Assembly: GCA_963702205.1 (NCBI GenBank)
Contig: OY969724.1
Span: 3,264,001 to 3,328,000, forward strand
Direction of reading: 5' to 3'
Source of the DNA: an uncultured candidate division Zixibacteria bacterium
GTDB lineage: Bacteria > Zixibacteria > MSB-5A5 > GN15 > PGXB01
DNA length: 64,000 nucleotides
Positions 49,317-59,693 of the stretch are shown here, piece by piece (the first letter of the stretch is position 1; every line of letters starts with the position of its first letter). Made by a program: the position numbers and the translations under genes. The notes under the pieces were generated by a model. The model was not told the DNA's origin. It worked only from the letters and a program-made list of their open reading frames with translations, and did no database searches.

Positions 49317-50583
49317 GATCGGTAATTTCCGCCATGCCCCCCATATAGGCGCGGATCGCCTCCGGAATCAGGATTGAACCGTACTCGGTTTGATTGTTCT
49401 CCAGTATGGCCGGAATCAGTCGCGCCAGGGCCGTCCCGGAGCCGTTTAATGTATGCACGAAACGCACCCTGCCGTCTTTGTCGCGGAAGCGGGTGTTCAT
49501 TCGCCGCGCCTGAAAATCCTCGAAATTGGAAACCGAGGAGATCTCGAGATATTTTTCCACCCCGGCCGACCATATTTCGATGTCATAGCATTTGGCCGCC
49601 GCGAACGATAAATCACCCGTCGCGAGCGTCCGCACGCGATATGGAATATTAAGACCCTGCAGTATTTTCTCCGCCTGATTAAGGAGCGTTTCCAAATCAT
49701 TATACGAATTATCCGGGTGGACGATCTTAACCATCTCGACTTTCTCGAACTGATGCAGACGCAGAAGGCCCCGTGTATCCTTGCCGGCGGCCCCGGCCTC
49801 ACGACGGAAACAAGGGGTGTACGCGACGTACATTTTAGGCAGTTCTTCTTCATCGAGGATCTCATCACGGTGGAGATTGGTTACCGGCACTTCGGCGGTC
49901 GGGATAAGATACAGCGTCTCATCGGACAGTTGATACATATCCTCAGCCATCTTGGGCAACTGTCCGGTCCCGGTCATACTGTCGACATTGGCCAGAAACG
50001 GCGGCGCGATTTCGACAAAACCGTCTTTGATGTGCGTATCGAGCATATACTGTATCAATGCCCGCTGCAGACGAGCCCCGATGCCCCTCAGAAGATAAAA
50101 CCCGGACCCGGTCACTTTTGCCCCGCGAGGCAGGTCCATAAGCCCCAGTGTCTCCCCGATCTCCCAGTGAGGTAGTATCTTATAATCATAAGACGGAATT
50201 TTGCCCCACTCTCTGACGGTCACATTGCTGTCTTCGTCGGCCCCGACCGGCACCGACTCATGCGGGATATTGGGTACGCGCAAAAGGTGAAAATCCAGCG
50301 CTTCTTTCACAGAGCGCAGGTCATCGTCCAGGCTGGCGATTTGCTGCCCAACCTCTTTCATTTGGGCGATGTCTTCGGCGGCATCCTCTTTGTTTTTTTT
50401 CTTCCTGGCGATCTGTTCCGAAACCGTATTGCGCTGCGCCTTAAGCTGCTCAACCTGGCCGATTATTTCGCGCCGGTTAATATCCAGTTCCAAAATTTTG
50501 TCGATATCGGCCGTTTCGTGCTTATTGATTATGGCCTGCCTGACTAAATCAGGATTTTCTCGGATGAATTTCAAATCCAGCAT
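49309..50583 (-). CDS. serS: Serine--tRNA ligase
   Basis: MLDLKFIR, LIPTAEV, FRREAG, EISS.SN and HTLNGSG motifs. Confidence 0.98.
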   Translation of the reverse strand: MLDLKFIRENPDLVRQAIINKHETADIDKILELDINRREIIGQVEQLKAQRNTVSEQIARKKKNKEDAAEDIAQMKEVGQQIASLDDDLRSVKEALDFHLLRVPNIPHESVPVGADEDSNVTVREWGKIPSYDYKILPHWEIGETLGLMDLPRGAKVTGSGFYLLRGIGARLQRALIQYMLDTHIKDGFVEIAPPFLANVDSMTGTGQLPKMAEDMYQLSDETLYLIPTAEVPVTNLHRDEILDEEELPKMYVAYTPCFRREAGAAGKDTRGLLRLHQFEKVEMVKIVHPDNSYNDLETLLNQAEKILQGLNIPYRVRTLATGDLSFAAAKCYDIEIWSAGVEKYLEISSVSNFEDFQARRMNTRFRDKDGRVRFVHTLNGSGTALARLIPAILENNQTEYGSILIPEAIRAYMGGMAEITDRE

Positions 50584-50813
50584 AATTCTCTATCTTCTTT
50601 CATGTCTTTTCATTATAAAACGCCAATATTTATAAAATTCGAGGGCAAAATACGGGTTTTAATCGGGGGTGTCAAGAAAACCCTGAGGGCTCTGCCGGTG
50701 GCTTTTGACGCTTATAAAGGTTTGATTTTAATGAAATTTAGTTGGGAATTTCCTTGATTTTTTACCGAAATTGTTTATAATAAGCGACTTTGAGAAAAAG
50801 AGGTTAAGAAGTT

Positions 50814-51038
50814 ATGTCAAAAATTTGTGAAATATGCGGCAAAGGGCCGGTGTTCGGTAACAGAATTTCGCACGCGCACAATCTGAATCGGCGTCGCTGG
50901 AATCCGAATCTTCAAACGATTCGGGCCAACGTCGATGGCACCGTCAAGCGCGTCAAAGTTTGTACGTCCTGCCTTAAGGCCGGTAAGGTTATGAAGGTCT
51001 CGGTTAAGAAAAAGCCGCAGACGACGGCACCCGCATAA
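50814..51038 (+). CDS. rpmB: 50S ribosomal protein L28 (Zn-ribbon type)
   Basis: [18 protein letters not shown]...RR.W.PNLQ...VCTSC. Confidence 0.96.
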   Translation: MSKICEICGKGPVFGNRISHAHNLNRRRWNPNLQTIRANVDGTVKRVKVCTSCLKAGKVMKVSVKKKPQTTAPA

Positions 51039-51058
51039 GACCGTTTTTATTGAATTTG

Positions 51059-51085
51059 AAACCGCCCCACAAAGGCGGTTTTTTT
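51059..51085 (+). terminator. Intrinsic terminator after rpmB
   Basis: AAACCGCC-ccacaaa-GGCGGTTTTTTT. Confidence 0.8.
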
Positions 51086-51232
51086 ATTTGCAAAATTTTT
51101 AGGATGACAGAATCGGACAATCGCCGTATATTTACAAAAGACTACTTACGATTAACCGCAATTGGAAAAAACAACTCGCCGGAAAACCCCGATCCAATAG
51201 CAGTCCTTATATCGAAAATACACTAATCCCTT

Positions 51233-51868
51233 ATGCAGGAGGGTATCATGCTATTAAAAAAGCAAAGCCTGTCGGCCAGAGCGGTGATTAACGGATTAAT
51301 CATCGCCATTTGTGCCGCCGGAGCTGTTGGAAGTGCCTTTGCCCAGCAAAACATGCTCTTCAAACCTGAACCACAGAAGGCGTTATTCGTCCACGCCTAC
51401 CCGGCCATTATGGACACCGTTTTCATCGGCGACCTGGTCGATTTCGACTACGACGCAGTCGATCCGTCGAGCGTCATGATCAATGGCTCCATCCCGGCTA
51501 CGAGTGTAACCATTCTCGACACACACCCTGATTTCACCGATCGGGCTCTTCAAATCGTCTTCCCCGCCCGGAGTTTTATCGAAAGTTACGGTATTCTTTT
51601 TGGTGAATCGACGCAGTCGTACAGCGTAACCGGTAATTTCGTGGCGAAGCAGGATTTCACGTTTGACGGTGAAGTCGCCTTTATCGGGCATTTGCTCGGT
51701 GACGTGAACGGCGACGAAAAAGTCAACCTGCTTGATATTACGTACTTGATACAGTATATTTATTCCGGAGGTCCCGAACCGAAACCCGGCCGTGAGTACG
51801 GAGACATCACCCGGGACGGCAAAATTAATCTGCTCGACATCTTGAAGATTATTAAAATTACTTATTGA
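51233..51868 (+). CDS. Secreted protein with C-terminal dockerin-like domain
   Basis: Signal peptide and GDVNGDEKVNLLDITYLI...GDITRDGKINLLDI. Confidence 0.8.
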   Translation: MQEGIMLLKKQSLSARAVINGLIIAICAAGAVGSAFAQQNMLFKPEPQKALFVHAYPAIMDTVFIGDLVDFDYDAVDPSSVMINGSIPATSVTILDTHPDFTDRALQIVFPARSFIESYGILFGESTQSYSVTGNFVAKQDFTFDGEVAFIGHLLGDVNGDEKVNLLDITYLIQYIYSGGPEPKPGREYGDITRDGKINLLDILKIIKITY

Positions 51869-51901
51869 TTAATAGGTTAGTTGTTTCTTTTAATTCGTCA
51901 A

Positions 51902-51929
51902 AGGGGTCATTCAAAAATGAATGACCCCT
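51902..51929. terminator. Hairpin between convergent genes
   Basis: AGGGGTCATTCA-aaaa-TGAATGACCCCT. Confidence 0.7.
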
Positions 51930-51945
51930 GCAATATTCCCGACCA

Positions 51946-52707
51946 TTATTGATTCGCGATTAAATTCAATACAGTGGTATCCGTTATATGAGCGTGCGCG
52001 AGGAGCGATATGCCCGATTGTATCAACAGCCGGTTCTTGAGCATACTGGCATATTCGGAAAAATAATCCGTATTGCGGATATTTGATTCCGCCGCGGAGA
52101 GATTCTCCAGCTCTACGCTCAGACTGCTGCGGCGGCTTTCGTAATCGTTGCTCTGACGCGCCCCGACGGCCGCCAGTTTTTGATCGAGCGCGCCGATTTG
52201 CTCGTCGATGGAATCGACCGCCTGCGACGCCGTTTCGGCCGAAGACACGTCGATCTGCTCCAGTTTCGGCACGTCCGCCACCGCTCCCGCTGAACCGTCG
52301 AGCAGCTTCTGTGTCCCGAACGATGTACTATCGATCACCATATTGTACGACGACACCAGTCCATCCATGGCCCCCTGCCAGGCCTGATAAGTGTTTTCAT
52401 CGCCGAACCCCGTCCCGGCCGCTTCGAGAGCGTACGTCCGCATCTCGGTCAGCGTGTGACGCATCTCCAGCAAGGCCGAATCAGCGGTGTTGTACTTGTA
52501 AGAATTGTAATTGATATTTTCGATTTCCCGGTTCAATGAGGCGATACGCGACCGCATCTGCTCGGAAATCACCAGCCCGGCGGGATCGTCCGACGCTCTG
52601 TTGATCCTGAAACCGGAAGACAGTTTTTCCAATGAGCTATAGAAACCGTCCATGGCCTTGTTAATACCCGACACGATATTGACACTCAGGGCGCTTTGAT
52701 TGGTCAT
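51946..52707 (-). CDS. Flagellin-like protein (short, orphan)
   Basis: EKLSSGFRINRASDDPAGLVISE.MRS, FGTQKLLDGS and ENLSAAES.IR.TD motifs. Confidence 0.88.
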   Translation of the reverse strand: MTNQSALSVNIVSGINKAMDGFYSSLEKLSSGFRINRASDDPAGLVISEQMRSRIASLNREIENINYNSYKYNTADSALLEMRHTLTEMRTYALEAAGTGFGDENTYQAWQGAMDGLVSSYNMVIDSTSFGTQKLLDGSAGAVADVPKLEQIDVSSAETASQAVDSIDEQIGALDQKLAAVGARQSNDYESRRSSLSVELENLSAAESNIRNTDYFSEYASMLKNRLLIQSGISLLAHAHITDTTVLNLIANQ

Positions 52708-52749
52708 GGCCTTACTCCGGAAAAGTTGGCATCATTCAGGGCATCTTTA

Positions 52750-52766
52750 TGCAAACCCCATGCCCC
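52750..52766 (-). promoter_or_regulatory. Putative sigma54 promoter of the flagellin-like gene
   Basis: GGGGCATGGGGTTTGCA (GG-N10-GC) about 45 bp upstream of the ATG. Confidence 0.55.
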
Positions 52767-52927
52767 TGCCCTACAAATATTATCTTATTGGGCCTTAACC
52801 GTTTACGAGCCAAACCTGACTATTTTTATATGAAATTGCCGGAATTGACCAATACTATATCGGTCTTTTCGGCCGCCGGTCGGAAGTCCGACCGACGGCC
52901 TTGTGGAGGAACCAAGTGGGAAGATCC

Positions 52928-54112
52928 TTAGTTGTCTTCTAACCGCCTGATGTAAGCGGGTATTTGTCGGTTATCATCGTCGAAGGCGGGCATACGATTT
53001 CGACCGCCCCCGTTACTGCCTCCGACAACTTTGCGAACCGGAAAATGAGATTCATCGGGAAACAGCGACATGACCTTTCCCGGCTGACTGCGCGCGATGA
53101 CCTCGGCCTCCTCTTCTTTTTCCGCCAGCCTTTCGACGACGGAACCGAACCCGGTCGCGATCACGGTCACTCTCATTTTATCTTTCATATCCGAATCGAG
53201 CACGGCGCCGAAAATGATATTGGCGTCCGACCCGGCCGCCTGATATATGATCGACGTCGCTTTGTTGACGTCGAACAGCGTCATGTCTTCACCGCCGGTA
53301 ACGTTTATCAATACGCCTTTGGCGCCGGAAATCGAGACTTCTTCGAGCAGCGGCGATGAAATCGCCTCGTTGGCGGCCATCTCCGCCCTGTTTTCGCCTT
53401 CGCCATATCCCGTACTCATCAAGGCTTCACCGCGCTCCATCATGATAGTACGGACGTCGGCGAAGTCGCAGTTGATCAGACCGGGGATGGTAATCAGGTC
53501 GCTGATACCCTTGGTCGCCTGATGCAGAACTTCATCGGCGAACATGAAGGCTTTGGTAAGAGTCGTCGTCTGGTCGACAATTTCGATCAACCGATCATTG
53601 GCGATATTAATCAGCGTATCAGCTTTTTCCTGCAGTTCCCTAAGGCCTTTCTCCGCCTTTTCAAGACGCCGCTGACCCTCGAACGTGAACGGCCTCGTCA
53701 CGATCGCCACCGTCAGCGCTCCCTGCTGGCGGGCGATTTCGGCCACAATCGGGGCTGCCCCGGTCCCGGTGCCGCCGCCCATACCGGCCGCGATAAAGAC
53801 CATATCGGCACCGCTCAATACTTCGCATATTTCTTCGCGGTCTTCTTCGACCGCTTTGCGGCCGACGTCGGGATTGGCCCCGGCGCCCAGGCCTTTGGTC
53901 AGGCGCTTGCCAATCTGGATTTTTTTGCCGGCCCGATTGGTCTCCAGTACCTGGGCGTCCGTGTTGATGGCCACGAATTCCACGCCCAGCAGACCGGCCT
54001 CGATCATCCTGTTTACAGCATTTCCCCCGGCGCCTCCGACGCCCACGACTTTGATGCGGGCATAGTTGCTCACATCATCGTCGAACGTGAATCTGATGTT
54101 CCCGTCGTTCAT
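52928..54112 (-). CDS. ftsZ: Cell division protein FtsZ
   Basis: GGGTGTG, IN.DFAD and C-terminal IPAYIRR. Confidence 0.98.
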   Translation of the reverse strand: MNDGNIRFTFDDDVSNYARIKVVGVGGAGGNAVNRMIEAGLLGVEFVAINTDAQVLETNRAGKKIQIGKRLTKGLGAGANPDVGRKAVEEDREEICEVLSGADMVFIAAGMGGGTGTGAAPIVAEIARQQGALTVAIVTRPFTFEGQRRLEKAEKGLRELQEKADTLINIANDRLIEIVDQTTTLTKAFMFADEVLHQATKGISDLITIPGLINCDFADVRTIMMERGEALMSTGYGEGENRAEMAANEAISSPLLEEVSISGAKGVLINVTGGEDMTLFDVNKATSIIYQAAGSDANIIFGAVLDSDMKDKMRVTVIATGFGSVVERLAEKEEEAEVIARSQPGKVMSLFPDESHFPVRKVVGGSNGGGRNRMPAFDDDNRQIPAYIRRLEDN

Positions 54113-54129
54113 TGGTATCCTCCATGATA

Positions 54130-55353
54130 TTAGAAATTGCTCGATATCCAGTTTTCTAGTTTCTTCATCAATCCTTTAAGGCCCCCCTTGGCCACGGTTT
54201 TTCCGGTCCCATGACGATGACCGTACAGCACCAGTCCGATGACGGTCGCGTATTCCGGCGAACACAGGTTTTCCGGAAGGCCTTCGATTCCGGCTGGTAT
54301 GCCGACCTTGACCGGCATGTCGAGAATCTGTTCGGCCAGTTCGACGACACCGGGGAGGCGCGCCCCGCCGCCGGTCAGGACCGCTCCCGCCGCCAGCGGA
54401 TCGACCGCCCCGGCCTTTTTAATTTCGCGCTGGACCAGCGACAATATTTCTTCCATGCGCGGTTCGATAATCGACGCCAGCACATTGCGTGAAATTTGCC
54501 TGGGTTCGCGGCCGACTGCGGTCGGCACTTCCATCATCTCTTCCGGGTCGACCAGCGACGTCAACGCCGAGCCGTACATATTCTTCAGACTTTCCGCCTG
54601 CTCCAGCGACGTTCTCAGGCCGATCGTTATATCGTTGGTGACGTTTCTCCCGCCCAGCGGCACGACGGCCGTGTGGCGCACCGAGCCGTCGAAAAAGACG
54701 GCTATATCGGTCAGGTCGCCGCCGATATCTACCAGCACCACGCCCATGTCTTCTTCTTCCTGACTTATATTGGCGTATGCCGAAGCCAGCGACTGCTGCA
54801 CCAGATGATCGACCGCGATTTCGCACCGTTCGATGGAGCGGTACACGTTGCGGGCCGACGTCACCGCCGCCGTGACTATGTGCACCTCGACTTCGAGACG
54901 GACACCGGTCATTCCGACCGGATTCTTAATGCCCGATTGCTCGTCGATGGTATATATTTGAGGCAGAACGTGGATTATTTCACGGTCGTTGGGGATTGGC
55001 ACCGCGCTGGCGGCTTCGATCGCTTTCGAGACGTCCTTTTCGCCGATTTCATTATCCGTTCGCGAAATGGCAATGACGCCCTGGCTGTTGACCGACTTGA
55101 TATGATCCCCGGTGATGCCGGCGACGGCCGAATCGATGTTCAACTGCGCCATAAGCTCGGCGTCTTCGACCGCGTGCGAAATGGATTCCACGGTCTTCTC
55201 CATGCTCACGACCACCCCGCGCCGCAGCCCGGCCGACGGTGCACTTCCGATCCCGATAAAGACCGGATCACCGCGTTCATCGCTTTCGGCGATGAGCGTC
55301 CTGATGGTCGTCGTGCCGATGTCTATCCCGGCTATGATTCTTGTTTCCGCCAT
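54130..55353 (-). CDS. ftsA: Cell division protein FtsA
   Basis: GIDIGTT, VDIGG and VLTGGG motifs; dcw context. Confidence 0.97.
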   Translation of the reverse strand: MAETRIIAGIDIGTTTIRTLIAESDERGDPVFIGIGSAPSAGLRRGVVVSMEKTVESISHAVEDAELMAQLNIDSAVAGITGDHIKSVNSQGVIAISRTDNEIGEKDVSKAIEAASAVPIPNDREIIHVLPQIYTIDEQSGIKNPVGMTGVRLEVEVHIVTAAVTSARNVYRSIERCEIAVDHLVQQSLASAYANISQEEEDMGVVLVDIGGDLTDIAVFFDGSVRHTAVVPLGGRNVTNDITIGLRTSLEQAESLKNMYGSALTSLVDPEEMMEVPTAVGREPRQISRNVLASIIEPRMEEILSLVQREIKKAGAVDPLAAGAVLTGGGARLPGVVELAEQILDMPVKVGIPAGIEGLPENLCSPEYATVIGLVLYGHRHGTGKTVAKGGLKGLMKKLENWISSNF

Positions 55354-55354
55354 T

Positions 55355-56071
55355 TTAATCCACAGCTATAATTAAACCGTCCGTCCTCAGGTCCAACTGT
55401 TTTATCTGCGACAGATCGTGATTTTGACCCATCAAAAATAATTTCAATTTGGTTATGCTTTTTTGAATCGATCCCGAATCGGTCAGGATACTGAACGGCA
55501 GCCCCTCGACATACAGCACAACATTCTCCGAATCGGAAAGGTCGATACTCGTCAGGGACAGGTATGAATCCATATCGGTTTCCTTGATGTGCGTTAATTG
55601 CTCCAACAAAGGTGTGATCCGTAAGTCGTGCAAGCGACCGTGCAATTTATAACTGTCAAGCCCGGTAATGATCGGATAATCCAGGCCGTACGTTTCATAA
55701 TCGTACTTATACACGACCCCGTTCTTGTCCACGCAAAACAGCGTGTGTCCATCATGGGCCAGCAGCAGCGCCAGCGGGACAATGTCATTCAGGTGTATTT
55801 CGAGCAGGCCGGGAAGATCAAAATCGATGTCGACCCGGTAAACGTCTGAATCCTTCAATATTTTGTCGGTGATCTTGTCGAGCGGCAAAGCCAGCATATT
55901 CGCGCCCTGCTCGTCTTTAAGCAATTTATCTCCTGCGTACAATTTGGCCGGGACGATCTGGACGTCGTTCAGCTTGAACGCATTAAGATAACGCACGGAT
56001 AAGAGCGATCCGCCCAGTACGACCGTCGCGATCAATAAGTACACGAATTTTTTCCTGACCTTAAGGTTCAT
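55355..56071 (-). CDS. ftsQ: Cell division protein FtsQ/DivIB
   Basis: N-terminal TM, POTRA-like region and C-terminal LDLR; lies between murC and ftsA. Confidence 0.8.
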   Translation of the reverse strand: MNLKVRKKFVYLLIATVVLGGSLLSVRYLNAFKLNDVQIVPAKLYAGDKLLKDEQGANMLALPLDKITDKILKDSDVYRVDIDFDLPGLLEIHLNDIVPLALLLAHDGHTLFCVDKNGVVYKYDYETYGLDYPIITGLDSYKLHGRLHDLRITPLLEQLTHIKETDMDSYLSLTSIDLSDSENVVLYVEGLPFSILTDSGSIQKSITKLKLFLMGQNHDLSQIKQLDLRTDGLIIAVD

Positions 56072-57489
56072 CTATCTTTCAATTTCTTCAGTATTATCGG
56101 GTTAATGCGATATATACTGCCCGCTCCGATATTGATAATCATATCTCCCTGATGTACCAAACTGACTATCTTATCCGCAGCGTCTTCCCACTTTCCGAGA
56201 TATTCAATTTTTTTCAATCCGCTTTTTTGGGCCCAGTCGGAAATCAATTCCGAAGTAACACCCGGTATCGGCTTTTCACGGGCCGGGTAAAGATCCACTA
56301 CGAACGCCAGATCGGCCAGCTGTAAGGCGTCGGCGAATTCACGATAGAATCTGTCGGTCCGGCTGTACAAATGCGGTTGGAAAACCGCAATGACGCGCCG
56401 ATCATAATAATTTTTGGCCGTACTCAGCGTGGCAATCAGTTCGGTCGGATGATGCGCGTAATCATCGACTACCATGATATCATCGACAACACCTTTGATC
56501 TCGAACCGCCGCACCACACCGCCGAACTCCTGCAGAGAATCGGCTATGGTTTCAAACGGGATTTCGAGTTCCGCCGCGGTCGCGGTTGCGGCCAGAGCGT
56601 TGAGGACGTTGTGCCGCCCCGGAACGCAAATCTCGACCTCGCCAAATATTTCGTCTCTTTTCATCACCGTAAAGCGCGATTTACCCTGCCCCGATGTAAT
56701 GTCCACCGCCCGGTAGTCGGCTTCTTCGCTCAGCCCGAAAGTTACCCAGGAGCGCTTCATCTGCGGCAGCAGACGCGCCAAAGTCGGATCGTCGATATTG
56801 AAAACCACTTCGCCATAAAACGGCGTACGGTTCATATATTCCAAAAATGAATTTTCCAGATGGGCCAGATCATCGTAGCATTCCAGATGATCCGGTTCTA
56901 TGTTCAGGACGACCGCAACCGACGGGAACATCTTTAGAAACGACCGGTCGTACTCATCGGCTTCGGCCACCATGTACTCACCTGACCCGAGCGACGCCCC
57001 GGTTCCCTTGCCGACCACCACACCGCCGACAATGACGGTCGGATCGAGCGCGGCATCGGTGAGAATCTTGCCGATCATGGACGTCGTCGTGGTCTTGCCG
57101 TGCGTTCCCGCGATGCCGATCGAAAACTTGAGCCGCATCAATTCGCCCAGCATCTCCGCCCGTTTGATAATCGGAATACCGCGTCTTTTGGCTTCGGCCA
57201 CTTCCGGGTTGTCTTCGGAAACCGCCGAAGATATGACAACCACGTCGGCCTCGCCCACGTTCGCACCATCGTGACTTTTTTGGACCGTAATGCCGAGCTG
57301 TTCGAGGTGCTCGGTGATTTCGCTGGGCGACGTATCCGATCCGGTCACGGCATAGCCGAGATTGTTTAAAATTTCGGCCATGCCGGACATCCCCGCTCCA
57401 CCAATGCCAACCAAATGGAGTCTCATGAATCTGCCAAAAATCACTTTGCTGTTCTCGAATTTCCGTACGGTCGCGGTTTCATTTATCAC
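56068..57489 (-). CDS. murC: UDP-N-acetylmuramate--L-alanine ligase
   Basis: GIGGAGMSG, GTHGKTTT, EADE, DDYAHHP and FQPH motifs. Confidence 0.97.
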   Translation of the reverse strand: MINETATVRKFENSKVIFGRFMRLHLVGIGGAGMSGMAEILNNLGYAVTGSDTSPSEITEHLEQLGITVQKSHDGANVGEADVVVISSAVSEDNPEVAEAKRRGIPIIKRAEMLGELMRLKFSIGIAGTHGKTTTTSMIGKILTDAALDPTVIVGGVVVGKGTGASLGSGEYMVAEADEYDRSFLKMFPSVAVVLNIEPDHLECYDDLAHLENSFLEYMNRTPFYGEVVFNIDDPTLARLLPQMKRSWVTFGLSEEADYRAVDITSGQGKSRFTVMKRDEIFGEVEICVPGRHNVLNALAATATAAELEIPFETIADSLQEFGGVVRRFEIKGVVDDIMVVDDYAHHPTELIATLSTAKNYYDRRVIAVFQPHLYSRTDRFYREFADALQLADLAFVVDLYPAREKPIPGVTSELISDWAQKSGLKKIEYLGKWEDAADKIVSLVHQGDMIINIGAGSIYRINPIILKKLKDR

Positions 57490-58610
57490 GCTGTCTCCTT
57501 TAACACACCGGTCAGTTCCAGGATGTCGTCGACGATCAAATCCACGGCCGGTTTCTGCTGCGCCTGCTGAATTCCGCGCACGCTGTTTTTCATAGCTTCC
57601 AGTTTGTCCGAGTTCAATATGTCCCGGGCCATCCCGGGCAGACTGATTTCGCTTAGCTGCGCGTCATCGACCAACACTGCCGCACCTTTTTCGACAAACG
57701 ACTCGGCATTCTTGCGCTGGTGGTCGGCCGTCGCGTACGGAAACGGGATCAATATCGACGGCAAACCGGCGGCGGCTATCTCCGCCATCGTCAATGCCCC
57801 GGACCGGGAAATTACTAAGTCCGCGGCGGCATAGGCGAGCTCAATTTTATCGGTAAAAGCAAAAAGGGCGCGGCCGGAAACCCTGCCGCCCGCCGAGGCG
57901 GTCACTTCCGTGTAAGCCCTCTCTCCTGTTTGCCAGACAAGCTGGATATCATCGCCGAAATCTTCCATGTTGTTCAGCACATTCCGATTAATGCTCATGG
58001 CTCCCTGACTGCCGCCGAGGACTAATATGGTTTTTTTATTTTTATCCAGTTCAAAATAAGCCAATGCTTCGTCACGGTCGGCCTTTCCGATGCTCTTTCG
58101 TATCGGGTTGCCGGTCACCACCGTCTCGCTGTTCGGTAAGTACCTTTTGGCGTCGGCGAAGCCGAGATACACTTTGAAAACTTTCTTGGCCAGCGTTCTG
58201 GTCGTTACTCCCGGAAAAGAATTTTGTTCCTGTATGACGCGCAACGTATTAAGCGTTATTCCGCCCAGAAGTATTGGCCCCATGACATACCCCCCGGTGC
58301 CGATAATTATTTTTGGTCTGAACGTCAGTATTACGAACATCGACTTGAGGTAGGCCCAGAACAGCACGAACGGAAAAACTATGTTCGACAATATCGCCGA
58401 CCGCATATACCCCCTGACGCTCATCATGATCAGCGGATAGCCCAGTTTATCTCTCATGCGGTATTCCAACCCGCGCTTGGTCCCCACGAACTTGAATTTT
58501 ATATTATACTCCGGTTCCAGTCGCTCCCGTAAAGCCGCTGCGATGGTCAAGGCCGGAAAAAGATGTCCGCCCGTACCGCCTCCTGCGAATATGGCTTTAA
58601 AAGCCTTCAC
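57486..58610 (-). CDS. murG: Lipid II GlcNAc transferase MurG
   Basis: GGGTGGH, EQN, GNPIR, GGSQGA and HQ..NA motifs. Confidence 0.97.
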   Translation of the reverse strand: MKAFKAIFAGGGTGGHLFPALTIAAALRERLEPEYNIKFKFVGTKRGLEYRMRDKLGYPLIMMSVRGYMRSAILSNIVFPFVLFWAYLKSMFVILTFRPKIIIGTGGYVMGPILLGGITLNTLRVIQEQNSFPGVTTRTLAKKVFKVYLGFADAKRYLPNSETVVTGNPIRKSIGKADRDEALAYFELDKNKKTILVLGGSQGAMSINRNVLNNMEDFGDDIQLVWQTGERAYTEVTASAGGRVSGRALFAFTDKIELAYAAADLVISRSGALTMAEIAAAGLPSILIPFPYATADHQRKNAESFVEKGAAVLVDDAQLSEISLPGMARDILNSDKLEAMKNSVRGIQQAQQKPAVDLIVDDILELTGVLKETA

Positions 58611-59686
58611 CGTACCTTCACCCCTTTGCGGCGGGACAGGTTCAGCAGTATGGCGACCGATGTAATCGACACCAACAGCGACGTGCCGCCGTACGACAGA
58701 AACGGCAGCGGTATGCCCGTGGTCGGCAGAAGCGACGTCACCACGCCGATATTAATTATCACGGCCACGAACAGGGTCGCCGTCACGCCCGCTCCCAGCA
58801 GGTACCCGAACCGGTCCGGCTGGTACATCGTAATTTTCCACCCCCGCCAGATGACGACATAGAACAAGGCGAGGATAGCCAAAAGGCCGATAAAGCCCAG
58901 CTCTTCGCCGATCGTGGCGAAGATAAAATCGGTATGAGGGTACGGCAGGAAAAACAGCTTCTGTCGACCGTCGGCCAGACCCGCGCCGAACACCTGTCCA
59001 GCTCCGAGGGTCAGTACCGCCTGCTTGACCTGGTAGCTCCCGGTCAGCGGATCACGAATGGCAGCCAGGTAATCCATAACCCGCGCCTTCTTGTACCCGA
59101 CCACAAAAACCAAAAATGAAACCATCGCGGCCAGCGGCACCGTCAGCGACGCCAGATGAATCAGACGTATCCCGGCCAGGAAAAAAACGACCGTGATCGA
59201 AAGCCCGATAGTCAGGGCCGACCCCAGGCCCGGTTCGAATATGATAAGCAGTAATCCCCCGCCGATAAGCGGCGCATAAGGATACAACAACTGTTTGAAA
59301 TCGGATATATCGCGCTTTTTCTGCGACAGAGAAAAAGCCAGATAGTACAGCACGATTAATTTGAATATTTCCGACGGCTGCAGCGAGAACCGACCGATAA
59401 ACAGCCAGCGGTGCGATCCGTTGCGCGCGGGCATTACAAACACCAGTGCCAGCAGGGCCAGCATGCCCAGCATCGCCGGAACCGAATATACTCCCAGTTT
59501 CTTCAAATCCAGACGATAAATTCCGTACCCGACCCCCAAAGCCAGAAGCAGCCACATAATCTGCCGTTTCAGAAAATAAAACTGTGATCCGAACCGGCTG
59601 TCGGCCATAACGCACGATGATGAGTACACCATTACCAGACCGATAAGTACCAATCCTGCTGCACTATATAATAATTTGCGATCCAT
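58607..59686 (-). CDS. ftsW: Peptidoglycan polymerase FtsW
   Basis: QPSE, HTDFIFA..GEE and PF.SYGGTS motifs. Confidence 0.95.
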   Translation of the reverse strand: MDRKLLYSAAGLVLIGLVMVYSSSCVMADSRFGSQFYFLKRQIMWLLLALGVGYGIYRLDLKKLGVYSVPAMLGMLALLALVFVMPARNGSHRWLFIGRFSLQPSEIFKLIVLYYLAFSLSQKKRDISDFKQLLYPYAPLIGGGLLLIIFEPGLGSALTIGLSITVVFFLAGIRLIHLASLTVPLAAMVSFLVFVVGYKKARVMDYLAAIRDPLTGSYQVKQAVLTLGAGQVFGAGLADGRQKLFFLPYPHTDFIFATIGEELGFIGLLAILALFYVVIWRGWKITMYQPDRFGYLLGAGVTATLFVAVIINIGVVTSLLPTTGIPLPFLSYGGTSLLVSITSVAILLNLSRRKGVKVR

Positions 59687-59693
59687 AACGAAT

